This document shows, in pieces, positions 56,681-64,000 of a stretch of DNA of 64,000 nucleotides. The translations under genes and the position numbers were made by a program. Every line of letters begins with the position of its first letter. Positions within the stretch are counted from its first letter, which is position 1. The notes under the pieces are model-generated. The model was not told the origin of the DNA and did not search any database. It was given only the letters and a program-made list of their open reading frames with translations. This DNA is from Octopus vulgaris (Eukaryota): positions 209,994,001 through 210,058,000 of the forward strand of contig OX597814.1 of the NCBI GenBank assembly GCA_951406725.2, in the 5' to 3' direction.

Positions 56681-58478
56681 ATAAATCAAGCAAATTATCT
56701 ACACCGTAAGTGTATTTCTCTCTTTTGTGTATACGTCTAAGACTCTAGGCTGCTACAAGAAATATAGGTGGAAACTATCGTGTTGATTACGCTCATTGAG
56801 GCAAAATCACCTGTCGACAGCAGTCTCCTTACCACCATGTTAATTTTGGAGAAAATCTTGTTTCTTGAGATTATCTCTTTCTTATATGGAGCTGGTCTTA
56901 ATTACTATTTGATGCCAGAAGTAATAAAATTTCTGCTCTTAGAATATTCAATAGAGTGGATTTAGAAATGGTGAATGTTCTACTAGCATTTATTTATTAC
57001 ATGCTCTCATGTAAGAAACAAAGCTAATTGTATTTTTTAATTATTTTATGTTATGACAAATATGGAACCACCCTTTACATTCAGTAACTATATTCGACAC
57101 TTAATACACCGCAGTAGAATAGAGTGTTTTCGTTAGAAATATTAACGTCGCAAACGCCCGCTTTAGAATACAGCTTAAGAGACTTAATACATCGTCTCGT
57201 TTAACATGCACTTTGTTGCCTTTACAGAGTTCCCTCTTTTTCAAGCATTCAGAGCATAACGTACTTGATCTGTGATTTATTAATCAAATAATTGAACTCT
57301 CTGGTTCTTAACCTGAGTGGCAAGGCATCTTTAGGTCAATGTAATGGAAGAAAGATATGGTAACTATTACGTTCGAGTTAGTATCACTCACTGTCACCGT
57401 GAGAAGGAACATGATACCAAGATCCAATAGTATATAATGACAATCGACTTCAGTAATTTCCATACACAGGTTAACAAAAGGGTCCCTAGTCCACTTCCAT
57501 ACATAAATTAACATTGAGATCTCCAGTCCACGAAAATATCTAAAAAGCAGGGCATTCCTGTTATAGAGTGTACGAAAATTGGGATAATAAAGCAGCAAGC
57601 AAAATTAGCTTCTGCTTGATTACAATGGTAATTAAGACAATAGCACAAACGGAAGTCTATAAAACGCCTTTCAATGAAATGAGCAGCTGAACTACGGAAG
57701 ACTTAGAACTTCTGCTTAAATGCATTTAATCCAGTTTTCTTGCTGCTCAATACAATGCAAGCTTCAAGAAAAGATGAGAAAGTACCTTCCTTTAATTACA
57801 ATTCAATTTGTATTTATCCCTAAAAACAAAACCCATATAATTACATAGATGCTGGTGTAAGAGTAAAAAGCTAACATAAGGGTAGATGTCCACGTAGCTA
57901 GAAGTAAATACCCAGAAAATGTATGTTAACTACAAGGAACTCACCCTTCTAAAATATCCCTCTTAAGCAAATATATGATTTAAATTATTATAATTGACAC
58001 GTGCGTAGACATGAGAGATGAATGCGTCGTACAATTGATTAGAAATTATCCATTTAGCTACCAAGGGAGAAGTGCTCGAAAGTATCTCTGAATAATCAAT
58101 CTCATTGAAAGCTCTAGTGTAATGTTCAAGTTGTTAGTTGCGCGCTCAACTTTTGCTGCATAAATTTACTAATAAATTCGGAAGTAAATGGTTGCCTGTC
58201 GTTCTTTTACATTCACATAAATACACACAAAACATGCAGAAGTACAGTCATACACAGAGGCACACTATTAAATAGGCTGGTACGTACTGAGCACATAACA
58301 CACATTTACTTTATTCAAGCATATGAAGACATACCCATACACATATACATTATGCATACATTTACCACATTATTTTGTATATGCATATTAGGTGCGTGTC
58401 TCTCTCTCACTCTCTCTCTCTCTCTCAATCTCTCGCTATATATATATATGTGTATTTGTAAAATTACATGTGTACATG

Positions 58479-58509
<31 letters not shown>

Positions 58510-59452
58510 ATATATATATAAATATATATAAATATATATAGATGTATGTATGTATGTATTAAACATCTTTAACATCCCATAATTATTGTATCGTTTATAT
58601 TTTTGTTTTATTAAAATCTATTTATATATAATTAGTTCTTATCATTTTTATATGATAATGATGAGCAAGAAGCATATGGTAACGGAATATCTTGGGAGTA
58701 AGATTGTAATTGTTATAGGAAGGACACTTATAATAATGATCATCGGACAATATTTCTGTATATGCATACCCAGATAGACATTAATTGACCTTGTCTCAAT
58801 TTAGTGTTCATTGAATGACAATTATAAGTAAAGTACACGTTCCATTTTGTAGAAAATGTTGTGTGGATTCGTCGATGTACAACACATTATGTCAAATTAC
58901 AGAATCGAAATCTGGATGTACGAGTAGATTTTGTACGTTAAATGCACTAGAACACTTTGCATATTTATCGATGAGAAATACCGGATTGAATTGAAAATTG
59001 AATGAACAGCATTTTCAAACGAGTTCATATTGTACTACTATGTTATTTAATAAAGTTTACTGCAATGAATTTTGATGTAATCTAAGAAGAGTATCAGGAA
59101 TTATTTTGTTGGTGCAATTACGTTAGCCATAGAGTGAGCAAATTCTGGTCTGAACATATCTAATTACTTAATTATTATAGACAATAATTCTTGTGTAAAG
59201 TTTCCATTGTTTGGTGAATAAATTCTTTCAGTATAATACACGAGTGGATATCCCATCATTCGACTAAAGCATAAATGATATGCAGAAGTAGTAAGCAGGG
59301 ATTTTTAAGAATGCAAGAATTATAATTTGTATAGAATACTGCGTTAAAATACATTTATAAGAACAGAATAATTACTGTTGGCGTTTTAGTAGTTTTGCGT
59401 AGACTACATAAGGATGCAAATTATTATATGTCATATATATATCATAATTAAT

Positions 59453-59515
59453 CTGTCTATCTGTCGCTCTCTCTCTCTATCTTTATATCTATCTATCTAT
59501 CTATCTATCTATCTG

Positions 59516-59578
<63 letters not shown>

Positions 59579-59705
59579 GTAAACATATATGTGTATGTGT
59601 ATGTGTGTAGTAGTAGTATTAGTAGTAGTAGTCGTAGTAGTAGTAGTAGTAGTAGTAGTAGTCGTAGTAGTCGTAGTAGTCGTCGTCGTCGTCGTCGTCG
59701 TCGTC

Positions 59706-59735
<30 letters not shown>
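59453..59735. repeat. Compound microsatellite (TATC)n-(TG)n-(TAG)n/(TCG)n
   Basis: Directly visible. It produces the poly-S/R/T/V artefact ORFs. Confidence 0.95.
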
Positions 59736-59736
<1 letters not shown>

Positions 59737-60885
59737 ACTTAGTGTGCACAAATAAATGTACGACTGTTACTGTTATGTTCAATGCTCCCGTTGAATATCA
59801 AACTCCAGTCTGCTTCAAGTATAGTCGCTAAGTAATTACTACATCTAGTGGCATTATTACTTATGAGAGGCTAAGCAAATGTAGGATAAATTAAGATAAA
59901 CGGAAGTTTATATTATTGGTTCCTACATACAGTTCATCATTATAGCTGCTTGGGACCCTGCGTTGGGAGTTCCAATTGCATTGAGATGCTTAAACAGAAC
60001 GGACCATCAAGGAACAATTTATTACATCAAATTACAGAGACCTATATATATGTATGAATGTATGTATGAAACTAAATTTTGCTGCACCGCTGGGAAATGG
60101 AAATTTTGATATGTAGCTGGTGCTAATAAAGTGATGAAATTTAAGACAATTGTAATGTATAACTAGATGAAGCTGGCGGAAATAGTACGAAATTACAGAG
60201 GTTGTGTTTCTATCGTCGCTTTACATATTTTAGTAGCCAGAATATCTACATCAAAATATATGTACACAGATGTCTCCATACCATTTATAAAAGTAGTCAT
60301 ACATATAAGTGTATTAACCTCACTCGTTTCGCAGGTAAATAGTACTTTTCGCATGATGATGAAGAAAATGATGATGATGATGACGAAGAGGAGGAGGAAA
60401 ATTATGACAATGATTATGAAGTGGTAGTGATGATGATGATGACGATCATTATAATGATGATGGTAATAATACAATCTGTAATAAGCAAAATTTAACAACT
60501 TTCATACAAGAAGAGGCAAAGGTTAATTCTTTTAAGCGTATATGATATTTATCACAACGAGGAAACATTACGAGGCCATCCATGGTCTTCTTCAACAGCA
60601 ATCACGCAGTGCATAATGCGCTGAGGCTTTTTTTCCCAGTGCCTCACTGGATTTACAAAAATTCTCAGTAGGATTTCAGAAATGTAAACATGCACTTTTC
60701 TTCATAACCAAATCCAATCTGCTGTATATATATGTATAGATATAAATACATATTTATATGTATGCATATATATATGCATACGTATATATAACACTATATA
60801 AATATACATATATATATATATATATATGAATATACAGATAGAAAAATTATATATATGCATATATGCATATGATTACATATTTAAC

Positions 60886-60916
<31 letters not shown>

Positions 60917-60949
60917 CTATCAATATACATTACGTACATGTGTGAGAGC

Positions 60950-61009
<60 letters not shown>

Positions 61010-61145
61010 GCATATTATCCACGTGAATGTGTAGAAGTGCGAATATCCAGTGTTTTCTTTATGCCTGTGTGTCATGAAACGAAGATTAAGAAACGTATGA
61101 ATATGCATGTGTCTACGTATGTATATACGTATGTGTGTATGTATG

Positions 61146-61177
<32 letters not shown>

Positions 61178-61937
61178 TGTATGTATGTATATACGTATGT
61201 GTGTATGTATGTATGTGTGTTTGTGTATGCACGTATATATGTATCTATGTATATTGAAAGAAGTGTTGTTTTACGTTTACTAGCATTCTCAGGATTATTT
61301 ACTTCTGTAACTACAGGGCTGCTCACGTGAAATGACAAAGCCAATATTTGTCGTGCATTTTTGCATCAATACGTTACATACAAAAATACACACCCACTCA
61401 CATAAGTAAACGTATATGACACATGTATATGTATATATGTATATATATGTTTGTATATTCATATATGTATATGTATGTATACGTATATATTTACATATAT
61501 ATATGTATATATATAAATATATATATATTTATAAATATATATTGCATTTTCATTTTTTCTTATCATTAAAGAGACATGCAAGACTGTTAAAAGAATGGAA
61601 ACGTAGCATTTGCTAAATATAATATAAATATATTAATGCATGAAAAACTTTGATCAATGAACGGTCTATTTAATAAAAATCTTAAATGAAAATAATATTT
61701 GATATAAATATTTATTGAATAAAATATATAATTAAATTACATATTCTATTATTTTTCACAAATGCATAATACATACATTTAGTATAATTCAATATAATTT
61801 CAGTGTTATATTAATTTTCTATTTTCTTATATTCTTATACGAAGTTTTGGAACACTTCTTCAAGAGAATCTCTAAGTAACATTCTTTTGACGTCGGTACC
61901 TACACACAATTACGCAAATTTACATTTACATACATAC

Positions 61938-61979
<42 letters not shown>

Positions 61980-62644
61980 CATACATATGCACGCGTTTAT
62001 GTATTGTAGTTACATATATAGATGTGAAAAAATTAAGATAATAATAATAATAGAAATAATAATATACTATGCTTATATATATATATAAGAATATATATAT
62101 ATACATACATATACACACACACATATATATATATACATTTATACATACATACATATATATATATATATACATGTATATATGTGTATATGTAATGAAATCT
62201 ACATATGTGTTTCTATAAATATATATGCTGAACAAGGTGTTAATATATATATATAATTTTTGTACGTAAGGCACTGTCTAATTACGGTCATATAAACAGT
62301 CGTAGATACATACAGACACACGCCTATGTGTGCAATAACATATTTGCATAATCTATTACCCTGCTTTAAGTAGTTGTCTATCTGGTGCAGTTTTATTATT
62401 TAGAGCTTTGATGTTCTTATTTACGTATATAATGCTCGACTTTTGTGACTCAACTAGCAGAGTAATTCATGGAAATGTTACTGAATATTTGTTTACACAT
62501 TTAATATTATATTCTATTAATTTTTGCAGACATTCAAATACAAAGATATTAAAAGAAATGCAAGCACATACCCGCCTATTTTACGAAACTCGTAAATATT
62601 AAACGATATATATATATATGTATATTTCAGAGATTTATTATTGG

Positions 62645-62692
<48 letters not shown>

Positions 62693-63178
62693 TAACATTT
62701 TATATATATATATATATTGATTAACGTTTTTTTCGTTAAATTATATTCTATTTTCTTGAACAATGGAATTCGGTTTACATATTTCAATTCCGTCGGCTGC
62801 AGGAGATTACAAGAGAAGATTTATAGAAACAATGAATTTTATCTTAGTCTATTACAAATAACGAACCATAGAAGCAAACTAATTGACGGCACATTAATAA
62901 ATTTAAAAAAAATCTGGATCATACTCTCCTAATATTTTGAGAAACAAAGAGGAACTGGCGCGTTCTTGGCGTGTTCATCACCGTGGCCATCCTTGCTGTA
63001 TATTGTATTAAAGAAATTGAGTGACCAGCAAGAGAAAGTATAATATACTTTGATAAAACGATTACATTCCATAAGATTAGCCGCTGCATGTCGGATGTGT
63101 GTATACACACATATGTATACATATGTATTTTATATATACATACATGCATATATGCATACACATGTATATAAACATACA

Positions 63179-63209
<31 letters not shown>

Positions 63210-63689
63210 ATATATATGTATGAATTTGCATGCATGTATGTATGTATGTATGTATATATATATATATATATATAATATACACATAGTTCTCATTGGAGCG
63301 ATAAATCTCGAAGCAAACAAAGCTATAAATCATAGCGAGTTCAAAAGTCCTTGGTATAAGAAGATTAATGGCTGCTCGCGCGACTCGAACCCACATCTTC
63401 TGTAAAGCTGAGAAGCGTTTTGCTACAAGATAATGCTCTCTGAAGAGTGAGAATTTTATGTACAATAATATTTTGGTAAAAATAATATTTTCAAAACGGA
63501 TCCAGAAATTAGAAGAGAGGATTTGATCCGACTGTAGAACTCCTGTCATGCTTGTAGGATGTATAAGCTCGAATATCTCCGGCTTACACAATTCAAAGAT
63601 CTTTACAGTGTTTTTTTTTACCTTTATGTGTTTCGAGATCCCTTGTTATTAAAACGAAGCAATTTATCTTCACTCGACGTTTATAATTT

Positions 63690-63756
<67 letters not shown>

Positions 63757-64000
63757 AATTGTAAAGGCGCTATTCGCCACCCAAAGTTTTGGGAATGGTA
63801 ATAAATTACGTACTCTGCTGCTTTAATCAACGTATTTGAAAACACCTTTCCTAACTCTAAATAGGCTAGTCTATGGAGATCGCGCAGTATAAAGTAAAGG
63901 AACACAGATTGCATAGTCAACATCCCCTACTTATTCTCTTCCGATTCCATACGGTCTGTTTTCAAATCCAGCCGGAGTCTACGTTGCCTATTATTCCTCC

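Noticed and set aside
63370-63435. Minus-strand tRNA-like B box (gggttcgagtc)
   Set aside because: No complete cloverleaf. More likely a decayed SINE head than a tRNA gene.

Overview
AT-rich, microsatellite-dense eukaryotic DNA whose repeat landscape (tRNA-derived SINEs, abundant (TA)n/(CA)n/(TTA)n tracts) suggests a coleoid cephalopod, probably Octopus; this is an inference. The only convincing host coding sequence is a 542-nt minus-strand internal exon (3242-3783) of a Cys-loop, nicotinic acetylcholine receptor alpha-type subunit (alpha9/10- or alpha7-like). It has a cation-type pore but altered agonist-site residues. No other exon of the gene was recognised by eye, so most of the window is probably one very large intron. 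That intron holds decayed mobile DNA: several SINE families including a nested insertion, a Tc1 element, a double-5'-end mariner derivative, two non-autonomous Helitrons, CR1/L2- and RTE-type LINE remnants, MITE/foldback elements and Penelope-like remnants. Three minimal type-I hammerhead ribozyme motifs, apparently from different repeat families, are readable; each has a core deviation. Several long inverted repeats could form dsRNA in the pre-mRNA. Nearly all listed ORFs are microsatellite artefacts. No clearly new biological system could be demonstrated; the best leads are the divergent receptor binding site and the ribozyme/dsRNA content of the intron.
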